Assembly (NCBI GenBank): GCA_035221665.1
Contig: CM069141.1
Location: 36,766,001 to 36,830,000 of the forward strand
Direction of reading: 5' to 3'
Length of the DNA stretch: 64,000 bases
Source of the DNA: Okamejei kenojei
Taxonomy: Eukaryota
This document shows positions 27,415 to 38,894 of the stretch, in pieces. The notes beneath the pieces are model-generated. The model did not search any database, had not been told where the DNA came from, and saw nothing but the letters and a program-made list of their open reading frames with translations. The stretch's first letter is position 1, and each line of letters begins with the position of its first letter. A program made the position numbers and the translations under genes.

Positions 27415-28520
27415 AGTGTTTAGCGAAACAGTCTCCTGGTCCGTCTCCCCAATGTAAAGGCGGCTACATCAGGAACACCAAATGCAGTACATGAGGTGCA
27501 TGTGAACCTCAGTCTCACCTGGAAGGACTGCAGGGGTCCATGGATGGAGGCGAGAGAGGATGCATACGGACAGATGTGACTTCTGAGGTTGCAGGGGAAT
27601 GTATCTGGGGTACGGGTGGTTTGATGCAGGGTAAGGGATGAGTAAACCAAGGAGTTGCAGAGGAAGTAGTCTTTGAAAGAAGGCAGAAAGAGGTGGAGAT
27701 GGGAAAAATGTGCCTGGTGTTGGCATCACGTTGAAGGTGGCAGAAATACAGAAGAATTATGTATTGGACGTGGAAGCTGGTAGGGTGAAAGGTTAAGGAA
27801 AACACTATTCTTGTTTCACTTGGGGCAAGCAGAGCATAACCATGGGACACACACAGGTGAAGGATCCATCTTACAATAACAGGGGGGGAGAGAAAATCAT
27901 GTTCACTAAAGAAAGAGGGCCTCTCAGATGTCGTAGAATGGAAAGCCTCATCTTGGGAGATGATACGGCAGAAATTGAGAGTAGGGGAATGCGTCTTTGC
28001 AAGAGGCATTGTGGGAAAAGGTGTAGACCAAACAACTGTGTAGTAGACGTCAGTCAATAGTCTCCTCCTTTGTCAGAATGAGGCCACCTAATGGAACATT
28101 ATATTCTTCAATTTTAGGTAATTAACTTACAAACACCCTCCCCCCCTTTCATATGGTCCACCCAGATTCGCAACCATGTCTCCACTTCCCCCTCCTTCCA
28201 TCCCCTTAGATCAATATCCCTTCATCTGGCTTCACAAGTCACACCTCCATATCTGTTTCTCACACTTTTTGTCGTTTCATCTCTGGCCTTGTGTGCAATT
28301 ATCTACCCATCAAAACCCTTCATCGCATGCATCCACCTATCACTCGACAGGCATTGTCCTGTCGCAACCGCTGAGTGTTCTTAAATGTGTTGCTCTCTTT
28401 CCATTGCTTTTGGACCCAAAACGTCACACATTCCTTCTCTCCAGAGATGCTGCCTCGCCCGCTGAGTTACTCCAGCATTTTTTGTCTACCTTCACTTTAA
28501 ACCAGCACCTGCAGTTCTTT
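27415..28520 (-). mobile_element. Penelope-like element remnant (GIY-YIG region) plus an inverted terminal fragment
   Basis: TFPCN..ICPY..SIHGPLQSFQVRLRFTCTS..YCIWCS..YIGETD; 28060-28520 is the terminal repeat in the opposite orientation. Confidence 0.8.
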
Positions 28521-28845
28521 CCCACGCGAAAGCTTATATAAGATGGCTTTCTATACCGCTCTTTTCTCTTCCTAAGAAAGGCGGTAGGGGAAGTTGAAAA
28601 AAAGGACATAAGCTTAGAGCGAGAGAAAATTAAGGAAAGGCAGTAGGGAGAAGTGGCCCGAGTAGGAGAACATGGGGAGACTTCACTTCCTCAAATGGCA
28701 ATGGAAAGAGAGCTTTGAAGTGTTTTAAGGTATGTACAGATATAGTAGATAAACGAATGAGCTGAAGGTTACCGGATTGGGAAGAACACGAAGTTTAAGC
28801 AACAGTCCGTTCACCCATGACGTGAATTACACGTCCTATTGTAAT

Positions 28846-28944
28846 TCGTGGGTACACAAAAAGCTGGAGAAACTCAGCGGGTGCAGCAGCATCTAAGGAG
28901 CGAAGGAGATAGGCGACGTTTCGGGTGGAGACCCTTCTTCAGAC
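28846..28944 (-). mobile_element. Short Penelope-derived insertion with hammerhead core and 11-bp TSD
   Basis: CCTATTGTAAT duplicated at 28835-28845 and 28945-28955. Confidence 0.85.
28915..28942 (-). ncRNA. Minimal type I hammerhead ribozyme core (Penelope type)
   Basis: CUGAAGA-A-GGGU(CUCC)ACCC-GAAA-CGUC; helix I possible between AUAGGGU and GCCUAU. Confidence 0.65.
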
Positions 28945-29352
28945 CCTATTGTAATGCGTATTGCGTGCGTTCGCATGATCTAGATCAGCGGGTTTGGAGA
29001 CATGACAGAAGGAACCCAGAGCAACTCGGGGGGCGGGGGGGGGGGGGGGAGACAGGGAATAGGAAACGAGCGGTGCTACAAGGTCTGATGGCAGCAGGCG
29101 GACCGAACACCAGAGGCGGGTGTAGGGTAGTCAGGGCGCAGAGAGCGCTGGTGTAGTTACCGGGCCGCGGTACGTGTAGTTACCGGGCCGCTGCGGGTCC
29201 GTCGGCGGCCTGAGGCCCGCGTTGTTTCCGACGGTTCAAGGCCCGGTGCAGAGGCAGAGGCCCGTTAACCATCGCTGCCCCGGGTGCGGCCAGGCCGAGC
29301 GGCCCGATGGGGAACACCGCGGGCCCGGGCGGGGCGTGCGGTCACCCCTCAC

Positions 29353-29472
29353 CTTCGTGTCGACATCGGCGAGGCAGTCTCTGCGGAACTCGTCGAACAG
29401 ACCGCGGTTCTTCAGATGATCCACGATCTTGGCGATGACGTTGGGGTCTTCTGGCGGCAGGTTTTTGGCCAT
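29353..29472 (-). CDS. BOD1: BOD1 (biorientation of chromosomes in cell division 1; COMPASS Shg1-like domain), coding exon 1
   Basis: Strong Kozak GCCATGG; encodes MAKNLPPEDPNVIAKIVDHLKNRGLFDEFRRDCLADVDTK, containing the BOD1-family signature GLFDxFRRDCLADVDTK; ends AAG|GTGAGG (phase 0); lies in a CpG-rich island. Confidence 0.95.
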
Positions 29473-29678
29473 GGCTGGGCTGGGCTGGGCTGGGGAGGGG
29501 GCGGATGGAAACCCCAGCTTTAATGACAATGGCGACGGTGGGTGGGGGGGGGACCGAGTGTGAACTCTGCGCCGACTCGCCAGCCGTCCGTCAATTACAA
29601 CTACTTCCGCCGGAAACACGCGGTGCCGTCTGGGAGGTGTAGTTTAATTCGGCTGACGTACGTTCGCCGCCTTGAGAT

Positions 29679-29703
29679 ACTACAATACCCAGATGGCACC
29701 GCG
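29679..29703 (+). promoter_or_regulatory. ZNF143/Staf (SBS)-THAP11-type motif
   Basis: ACTACAATACCCAGATGGCACCGCG closely resembles the ACTACAnnTCCCAnnATGC consensus of vertebrate housekeeping promoters. Confidence 0.75.
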
Positions 29704-29764
29704 TCCCACAGCGCCTGCGCTCAGGTTGGAAACCAGAGGGACCATTTAATTCCATCTCACACCA

Positions 29765-30088
29765 TGGTCAAGTCAAAGCAGTTTATTGTCATGTGTCCCT
29801 AACAGGACAATGACATTCTTTCTTTGCTTCAGCACATCAGAACATAGTAGGCATTGACTACAAAACAGATCAGTGTGTCCATATACCATTATATACGTAA
29901 ATACACACATTAATAAATAAATTGATAAAGTGCAAATAACAGATAACGGGGTATTAATGTTCAGTGTTTTGTCCGAGCCAAATTTAATAGCCTGATGGCT
30001 GTGGGGAAGTAGCTATTCCTGAATCTGGTCGTTGCAGTCCTCAGGCTTCTGTACCTTCTGCCTGAAGGTAGCAGGGAGATGAGTGTGG
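29765..30088 (-). mobile_element. Rex1/Babar LINE 3' end
   Basis: Minus strand reads LLPSGRRYRSLRTATTRFRNSYFPTAIRLLN, then AATAAA and a (TTGAC)n tail. Confidence 0.8.
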
Positions 30089-30497
30089 ACTATGGGACTA
30101 GTTGACTCACCTCTCAAGTAAAACAAAGCCATTGAACAGGGAATAGCCTTGCACTATCCATTTATTTTAAGTGAAAGCATGGATGAAGGTTAACAATTTC
30201 GGCTTAACCGTTCAGAAACATAACTTTCTAGAGATTAAACATTTCAAATGCATGCTCACCTTATTAAATTAGATTTCGGTATTTCTCATTGATGTTATGA
30301 GGGAATATCCTCTTCGCTTTTGTAATTTGAAAGCTGACATCCTTGTAATAATAGACACAAAATGCTGACATAACTTCGCAGGACAGGTGGCATCTCTGGA
30401 GAAAAGGAATGGGTGACATTTCGGGTTAAGTAAAACAGCATTTGCAGCAAAGATCCTCTTTGATTTGCAGTTGCTTCCTACACACCCTTGCAATCAT

Positions 30498-30712
30498 GTT
30501 TAAGAAGGAACTGCAGATGCTGGAAAATCAAAGGTAGACAAAAGTGCGGGAGAAACTCAATGGGTGCAGCAGCATCTATGGAGTGAAAGAAATAGGCAAC
30601 GTTTCGGGCCTAAGAAGTCTGAAGAAGGGTTTTGGCCCGAAACGTTACCTATTTCCTTCACTCCCTAAATGCTGCTGCACCTACTGAGTTTCTCCAGCAC
30701 TTTTGACTACCA
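30498..30712. mobile_element. Palindromic Penelope-derived element with central hammerhead core
   Basis: Arms about 30534-30610 and 30636-30711 are inverted repeats; CTGAAGAAGGGTTTTGGCCCGAAACGTT at 30619-30646. Confidence 0.8.
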
Positions 30713-30864
30713 TGTAATAATGTTGTTTAGTTCTAAAGCAACTTTTTTCTACATCCGAAAATAAGGATATACCGACCTAGTCTGTTGACATTCTTTCTTC
30801 CATTGTCTAAAATTAGCAAAGGCGCTCAATAATGTAATTTAATAAAGGCAAATGTTTGGAAGAG

Positions 30865-31240
30865 GACAGACAAAAAAAGCTGGAGTAACTCAGCGGGACA
30901 GGCAGCATTTCTGGAGAGAAGGAATGGGTGACTTTTTGGGTCGAAACACTTTTCAGACTGAGAATCAGGAGAGTGGGAGTCTAGAGATATGCTGGGGTAA
31001 GGTGTGAGAATGGCAAATCAAAGCAGACGATGTTCAAGGAAATGTAGAATGGGTCATTGTTAGCTGAGGGGAAGGTGACAACGAGTAATACAAAGTAAAA
31101 TTAATCAGGAGAAAACTAGTCAGAGAACTAGGGTGGGGGAGGAACAGCGAGAGAGGGAAAGCAAGGGTTACTTGAAGTTAGTGAAATCAATATTCAAACT
31201 GCTCAGTTGCAGTTGCAAGTTGCCCAAGCAAAATATGAGG
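30865..31240 (-). mobile_element. Penelope 3' fragment
   Basis: Terminal GCTGGAGTAACTCAGCGG motif and an LIFCLGNLQ..LNIDFTNF-like C-terminus on the minus strand. Confidence 0.7.
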
Positions 31241-32208
31241 GACGTGTTTAAATCCTGGAAAAATATGATGTACACTTTAATTTTGTTGTCCACTTGGTGG
31301 CAGCAGACTATGTTCAGACACTGACCCATTCACCATCCAAATTCATTGCATGATGCAGGGAATACAAAGAAACTACGTAGGCCCATAAATCTGTTCAGTT
31401 TAGTTCTTCCCTGCAATTTAGATAAAAGGCATTCCAAGATCTCAACATCACAAATAAATGTTTAATTGGATGTATGATCATAACCAAGATAAGATCATAA
31501 TCAAGATAAGAGGTTCAGACCAAATTTAAATATACAACATGAATCTTTTCTCGACTATAGAAATGATCAGTGTCTCCAAAGTGCAAACGATTGTTTTCTA
31601 ATTTCCATACCTGCTCTCATTTTGGCTTTGTTCTTAAACTGACAGTCACAAGTTGTAGACACTCTTCTATTTAAAAATTGCAAGCAATGGAAATTTCCAG
31701 CATCTCTAGATTAGAAACAATTAACATTTTCAGCTTGCTGACTCTTCAGAATAGGGGGTTGGTGACAGGATCTTGATAATCTCTCAATGTTGGCTGGAGA
31801 TATTCCGACAGGTTTCATTACATGTCATTTTACCACCAGCTACCTTGTCCGGTCAATTTGTTCCTATTTCCAACATTTTTATAATGAGTACCAGTATCCA
31901 AATATGTTTTTAGTATCACAAAGATCTGTAATTTTGATTTTAAATTGTTCACAGCAGAGGTCTGGATATTATTTTTTGCTTTTAAGAACAAACCCACAGC
32001 AACCAGAAGAGGGCATCTAGTAACCTACACCTATTTCAAACCAGAGGAGTGTTGCTACACATTTGTTCCTGTTTCTCGACATGTAGTTATTTTAATGCTG
32101 CAATACATATACTTGAATACCTGCAACTAAATTTAATTTTGCCTTCACCCTCCTTTGCAGACACAGACAATTCATGCAACAGTAAGTGGAAAATCTTGGT
32201 GAACTTTG

Positions 32209-32308
32209 GTAGACAAAAATGCTGGAGAAACTCAGCGGGTGAGGCAGCATCTATGGAGCGAAGGAAATAGGCAACTTTTCAGGTCGAAACCCTTCTTCAG
32301 ACCAAAGT
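32209..32308 (-). mobile_element. Short Penelope-derived insertion with 15-bp TSD
   Basis: TCTTGGTGAACTTTG at 32194-32208 and 32309-32323. Confidence 0.75.
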
Positions 32309-33045
32309 TCTTGGTGAACTTTGTCCTCATTTTAGTTAGGCTTCTGACAGCTATTTAACTGCACTGCACGCATGAATGTTCCAGCTAATATCAGCTGACC
32401 TCTCACATTCTGGGAAGTTCCAAATCTGTTTGAACCACACCACATCACGTGGTGCAATTGTACATTAAACTATTATTGTCACTTAGTGGACAGGGCAATG
32501 AAAACACAAATGTTATTTGTGTAATTTAACTAGCTTATTCAAGAGACATTAAGGGGATGCTGAAAGAAAAACAAAACATAACAAAATACTGATGTACTTT
32601 TACACAATGAATGAAGTAAATATTGAATGTAAAGTAGCAGATATGCCAGTAAGTACATGAGGAACAATGGAGATAAAAATACCAAGAGCAACCGACAGCT
32701 TGTGTTCAGCGAAAATCTTATATAGTGATACGATACGTAAGGGAAATTGGTCTGTAAGCAAATTAGCAAGTATTTATTAGCTGAATTATTGGTGGTCTAT
32801 ACAGCAATATCCACGCAACCATTAGCTGAGAGATAAGAAAGTCAATTATTCACTGTTGATTATAACTGTTTTATTATGTAATCTATTATTGAGTGGATTC
32901 CTAGAAGAGGAAGTCCTATGCAGGAACAATATGTGATGCCAGGCATACTAATAGGACACTTGCAAATTGCAACAGAATCACTCAAATGTTCAATGTGTCT
33001 GCCAGTGGATTAGTTAATACCAGGAGTTTCTAAAATTGCACACTT

Positions 33046-33205
33046 AGTTTTTATAGATACAGAATGGAAGCAGGCCCTTCGGCTTACCGAGTCTGTGCTT
33101 ACCATCGATCACCCAGACACTAGTTCTATGTTATCCCACTTTTTCATCTTACACATTAGGGGCAATTTACAGAAGCCATTCAGCCTACAAATCTGCCATC
33201 TTTGA
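33046..33205 (-). mobile_element. HE1-like SINE 3' fragment
   Basis: GGCCCTTCGGC..CCGAGTC..TTATCCCACT..GGGCAATTTAC matches the SINE 3' half. Confidence 0.7.
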
Positions 33206-33249
33206 AATCCTTAGCTTTCTTAACATTTTGGGATCTTGGCATTGCTGCC

Positions 33250-33495
33250 GTTAGTGGCAACCATGGTGCGGGGTGGAGAAGGGGGAGTGTCTGGTGTGAG
33301 ACTCATCCTTGATGGGCGAACTGCAATGAGTCAAGTTTGTTTGGTAGCCCAAATCTAATGCATTCCATAATTCAAAACACTTCATGATGGTGGATGTCAA
33401 GACCACTGGATGGTAGTCATTAAGGCATGAGATTTTGCTTTTCTTTGACACCGGGATGATACTTGTCTTCTTGAAGTTGGTGGAGTACTTCAAAA
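33250..33495 (-). mobile_element. Rex1/Babar RT fragment
   Basis: [35 protein letters not shown]. Confidence 0.8.
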
Positions 33496-33573
33496 CTGAG
33501 TAGGAAGAGAATAAAGATGTACATTAACCACAATACATTTCTTGGAAATTAATAACTTTTGCCACTTCCAATT

Positions 33574-35577
33574 AGAAACATAGAAACATAGAAAATAGGT
33601 GCAGGAGTAGGCCATTCAGCCCTTCTAGCCTGCACCGCCATTCAATATGATCATGGCTGATCATTATACTCAGTATTGTGTACCTGCCTTCTCTCCATAC
33701 TCCCTGATCCCTTTAGCCACAAGGGCCACATCTAACTCCTTCTTAAATATAGCCAATGAACTGGCCTCAACTACCTTCTGTGGCAGAGAATTCCAGAGAC
33801 TCAACACTCCCTGTGTGAAAAATGTTTTCCTCATCTTGGTCTTAAAGGAATTCCCCCTTATCCTTAAACTGTGACCCCTTGTTCTGGACCTTCCCAACAT
33901 CGGGAACAATCTTCCTACATCTAGCGTGTCCAACCCCTTAAGAATTTTGTAAGTTTCTATAAGATCCCCCCTCAATCTTCTAAATTCTAGCGAGTACAAG
34001 CCGAGTCTATCCAGTCTTTCCTCATATGAAAGCCCTGACATCCCACAAATCAGTCTGGCGAACCTTCTCTGTACACCCTCTATGGCAAGAATGTCTTTCC
34101 TCAGATTTGGAGACCAAAACTGTACGCAATACTCTTCTTCTTCTTCTTTCGTGTGGCGTGCACAGCCTAAAGTTGTTGGACAACTTGTTCTTTTTGATCT
34201 TCCGTTTGTGCATGTCGAGTTGATTGCATTAGTCGAAACAGGGCAGACCACATGAAGGTTGCAATCTTCAACCCCTACGCAATACTCCAGGTGTGGTCTC
34301 ACCAGAACCTTGTACAACTGCAGTAGAACCTCCCTGCTCCTATACTCAAATCCTTTTGCTATGAATGCTAACATACCATTCGCTTTCTTCACTGCCTGCT
34401 GCACCTGCATACCTACTTTCAATGACTGGTGTACCATGACACCCAGGTCTCGTTGTATCTCCCCTTTTCCTAATCAGCCACCATTCAGATAATAGTCTAC
34501 CCTCCTGTTTTTGCCACCAAAGTGGATAACCTCACATTTATCCACATTATACTGCATCTGCCATGCATTTGCCCACTCACCCAGCCTATCCAAGTCACCT
34601 AGCATCCACCTCACACCTAACACTGCCAGCTTCGTGTCATCCACAAACTTGGAGATGTTGCATTCAATTCCCTCGACCAAATCAGTAATATACATTGTAA
34701 ATAGCTGGGGTCCCAGCACTGAGCCTTGCAGTGCCACACTAGTCACTGCCTGCCGATCTGAAAAGGACCCGTTTACTCCTACCCTTTGCTTCCTGTCTGC
34801 CAGCCAGTTCTCAATCCACATCAATACTGAACCCCAAATACCGTGTGCTTTAAGTTTGTATACTAATCTCTTATGTGGGACCTTGTCGAAAGCCTTCTGA
34901 AAGTCCAGATATAACACATCCACTGGTTCTCCCTTAGTCACTCTACTAGTTACATCCTCGAAAAAGTCTATAAAATTCGTCAGACATGATTTACCTTTTG
35001 TAAATCCATGCTGACTTTGTCCAATGATTTCACCACTTTCCAAATGTGCTGCTATCCCATCTTTAATAACTGACTCTAGCAGTTTCCCCACTACCAATGT
35101 TAGACGAACTGGTCTGTAATTCCCCATTTTCTCTCTCCCTCCTTTTTTAAAAAGTGGGGTTACATTAGCTACCCTCCAATCCTCAGGAACTACTCCAGCA
35201 TCTAAAGAGTTTTGAAAAATTATCACTAATGCATCCACTATTTCTGTGGCTACTTCCTTGAGTATTCTGGGATGCAGCCTATCTGGCCCTGTCGATTTAT
35301 CGGCCTTTAATCCATTCAATTTACCCAACACCACTTCCCGGCTAACCTGGATTTCACTCAGTTCCTCCATCTTATTTGATTTTTTATGTCTTTCTTAGTA
35401 AAGACAGAACCAAAGTAGTTATTCAATTGGTCTGCCATGTCCTTGTTCCCCAAGATCAATTCACCTGTTTCTGATTGCAAGGGACCTACATTTGGTTTAA
35501 CTAATCTTTTTCTCTTCACATATCTATAAAAACTTTTGCAGTCAGTTTTTATGTTCCCTGCCAGTTTTCTTTCATAA
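33574..35577 (-). mobile_element. CR1 LINE, 5'-truncated (same family as 1922, 8290, 53095)
   Basis: RT ORF 34474-35370 and C-terminal ORF 33670-34437; (TTTCTATG)n tail. Confidence 0.95.
34135..34275 (-). mobile_element. 141-bp (GAA)n-tailed retroposon nested in the CR1, 12-bp TSD
   Basis: TACGCAATACTC at 34123-34134 and 34276-34287; a second truncated copy lies at about 38835-38899. Confidence 0.85.
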
Positions 35578-36408
35578 TTAAAATAAATGAGTTAAATGTG
35601 TTCCAAATTGTTATGAATCCAAGTCAAATCTGCATTTCTTTCCTACACATTTCCCTACTCCTACCTTGCCGATCATAGCTTTTGAGATGTTTTTGTATTC
35701 TTTCCATTCCTGACATTGAAGTCACATAGTAGGATCAGTTCATCTCCCTCAGGGTCACAGGCAAGGATTGTTTCAAGATCAAAATAGAAATCTAGATTGG
35801 CTGCACCAATAACTTCCATGATTGAATTACATCTGCTGATGACTGTAGCTTATTGACTCATGAAATACTCATCTACACCCCAGGGCAAGTTGCTGAAGAT
35901 AGTATTCCCTTTCCAGCTTGCCTTCAAGAAGAAGTTAACCAATTTCCATGATTTGTGCTATCGCCATTTCTATCTCATTATATCTCACACAGAATGGCAA
36001 CATTAATGTCAGAGCATCTGTGTTCTGGGGAAATGGCAGCAGAATAATGTTCAGGGCTGTCACTGCTGGGATTGCCTATGGGGACCTTGACAGTTCAGGA
36101 GCAAAACTCTTGATTTAATGTGATGGTCATTAAACACTTCCTACCAAACAGGGTTGACAGAGTAAGGTTTTACATCTGTAGCCAGGAGTTCAAGACAGTT
36201 GGAAGCGAGATTCTGCTGTATGGAAGTCAAACACAAATGTAGATGCTTATCATGCAAGTGCACACACCACACACTAACATGCGCACTGACAGTTGCATAC
36301 ATCTCTATTACTAAAAGTCTGATCTTGACTGCTTTTGGATCACTGTGGTGTAATTTCCAAGAGAACGCCGCCACCTAAGGCCGTCATTTTTGGTCAGCTC
36401 GCTCAGAG

Positions 36409-36445
<37 letters not shown>

Positions 36446-36689
36446 CCTTCCTGCACTAGAGGATTTTTCCCATCAATAAAAAATCAGAGAGATATTAATT
36501 TATTTTTTTAATCGCCATTCGCTCTGCTGCCCCTGCTGGAGGGAGGGTGAGGGACTATAAAACCAGGACATTGTGTGCCTCACTCAGTCTCTGCAAGATG
36601 GAGAAAGCCAGAGGGTCACGTCTCTCTGAGCTCTGAATAGCACTGAATACATGTCTACTCAACTGTGAGTGCCCTTAATGTGGTTCGAT

Positions 36690-37048
36690 AAATGCTTGCA
36701 AAAAGTGTCTATTGGTTCTAAAATGCTTTCAAAAAGTGTCTATTGGTTCTAAAATGCTTGCAAAAAGTGTCTATTGGTTCTAAAATGCTTGGAAAAAGTG
36801 TCTATTGGTTCTAAAATGCTTGCAGAAAGTGTCTGTTGGTTCTAACATGCTTGCAAAAAGTGTCTCTATTGGTTCTAAAATGCTTGCAAAAAGTGTCTCT
36901 ATTGGTTCTAAAATGCTTGCAAAAAGTGTCTCTATTGGTTCTAAAATGCTTGCAAAGAGTGTCTCTATTGGTTCTAAAATGTTTGCAAAAAGTGTCTGTA
37001 TTTGTTCTAAAATGCTTGCAAAAAGTGTCTCAATTAGTTCTAAAATGC
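36690..37048 (+). repeat. 31-33 bp minisatellite, about 11 copies
   Basis: Unit AAATGCTTGCAAAAAGTGTCT(CT)ATTGGTTCTA. Confidence 0.95.
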
Positions 37049-37141
37049 TGCCTGGCCAGAGTGACTGAGCTGCCTGGCCAGAGTGACTGAGCTGCCTGGC
37101 CAGAGTGACTGAGCTGCCTGGTCTGAGTGACTGAGCTGCCA
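37047..37141 (+). repeat. 22-bp tandem repeat, about 4 copies
   Basis: Unit CTGCCTGGCCAGAGTGACTGAG. Confidence 0.9.
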
Positions 37142-38894
37142 GCCTAAGAATCCATTCGGCCCACAATGTCCATACTAGCCCTGTGGAAACCAGTCCCTTT
37201 GACCCACACACACATACTAGCACTCCAGAAAGTCTCCCTCCCCCTCCCTACTGGCCAGCAATATTGGAATTGGTGGAGAGGTGGAATATTGCATTGGGGG
37301 ACCAGCCGTCCCATGTGAAGCTGTGACCTAATGGGTCCCACTTAGTCTAGTTCCATTATAAGCTTCTCATCCTATCTCCCTTATCCAACTCCTGTTGTTC
37401 TCTCCATCCTTAATCCTCTTCACCTCCCATCCTCAGTGTCTCCACCATCTTCTTCACATCATCTTTTGAATAGATAACAATAGCCCTGTAGGGATCACAA
37501 AAGTTGTAAGCTGCCTAAGAAGAAGCCAATGGAAGAGCACACTGTCTTTAGATAATCCTGATTCATTCTTGGTTCATTTCACAATGCTGCCTGCAGCAAG
37601 ACAAGACATTGTGGTTAATGTCCTTTTCACCTGCTGCAATGTCTTACCCTGATTGGTATTCTCCTCAAATAGCAATGTGAAGCTTCTTGCCAACAGAAAA
37701 TAGCTGGAGTGTGGCAGCACAAAGCAGAGAGTGTTTGCTGTCAGACAGATAGTAAGTGAGGTTCAGCTATAGCACAGACAGGCTTATGTGTGTGGGAGAG
37801 GAGAGCCATGGCTCAGCCAGAATTAATACAGGCACTCACAAAAGTACAGACACATGGTACAATCTTGGACTGGAAGAGAACTATCAAATATTACCAGGAA
37901 GAGACTAGCTGTGGCACAGCATGGAATGAAACAGACAGAGCTGAACCCAAGTACGCAGCACAATCTGGATCTGAGGGAGAACTTAACTCTCATAAATATG
38001 AGGACTGAGAATCGGCAACGTCTTCTGAAGGTGAGAGAGAAAAAGAGGGACAGGGGGAGAAAGGAAGTGAGAGAAAGAGGAGGAGGAGGAGGAGGAGGAG
38101 GAGGAGGAGGAGGAGGAGGAAGAGGGACAGAGGGTAAGCGGAGAGCGCCTACATGAGCTCTCTGAAGGATGAAGCCTAGGAAAGCCTAGGTATTCCTTGA
38201 GATACTCCAAGATGGTGCCAGAGCATGGCGACATTCCCTGCTGGTCCCAGAGGAGGACCAACCATCATCCAATATAATCGGTTTACTCTCAAATCTCTTT
38301 TCTCCCTGTAAATCCAGCACCATTCACAATGCTGAGAACTATATTCTGCACTCTTATCTTATTTGCTCTATCTATTGTATTTGAGGTTGACTTGATTGTT
38401 TTTTTATGCATAGTATTGTCTGATTTAGTTGGACAGAACACAGAATAAAGTTTTCATTGTACCTCAGTACATGTGACAATAATAAACCTAAACCGAATCA
38501 CCTTGCTTAAAAAAAGAAACTTTCATTTGCATCAATGGAATTAGTAAAACATTGCCATTGGGTTAATATATTCCAAAGCAGAATGAAATAGATTTCTGAA
38601 ATTGTCATAGCTCTTGTACCTATATAGTTTAATAATGTTAATGCACCTCAAAGTAATTTATTGAATATTTAACAAATATTGTTCCTTTTCCTTTATGTGT
38701 AGGATGCCAGAATAATTGTTAGCAGTCATAACAAAATTAAACAATTGAATAATACCATGTGCTCCAATTTTCCACACTAATCTCTTGTGTGGGACCATGT
38801 CAAAAGCTTTTTGAAAGTCCAGATACACCACATCCTCTCTTCTTCTTGCGTATGACATGTATAGCCTAAAGTTGTAGGACAACTTGTTATATTT

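Larger units (their letters stand above)
29020..29725. promoter_or_regulatory. CpG-island promoter of BOD1
   Basis: Dense CpG around exon 1; ETS-like ACTTCCG/CCGGAA at about 29603-29616; CRE-like TGACGTA at about 29654; YY1-like AATGGCG at 29528; NRF1-like GCGCCTGCGC at 29711-29720. Confidence 0.85.
36302..37350 (+). mobile_element. Complete non-autonomous Helitron-like element
   Basis: Inserted between A (36301) and T (37351) without TSD; 5' TCTCTATTACTAAAAG; 3' imperfect hairpin GTGACCTAATGGGTCCCAC then TTAGTCTAG. Confidence 0.75.

Noticed and set aside
29473-29619. In-frame N-terminal extension of BOD1 in the ORF track
   Set aside because: No upstream in-frame ATG; the ATG at 29472 has a strong Kozak context.
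36690-37141. CRISPR-like array or repeat-protein ORF (ILEPIETLFAS)n
   Set aside because: Contiguous tandem units with no unique spacers, no cas genes, eukaryotic context; it is a minisatellite.
37790-38156. Short ORFs with an AAG|GTGAGA donor before a (GGA)n repeat
   Set aside because: No recognisable protein, acceptor or partner exon.
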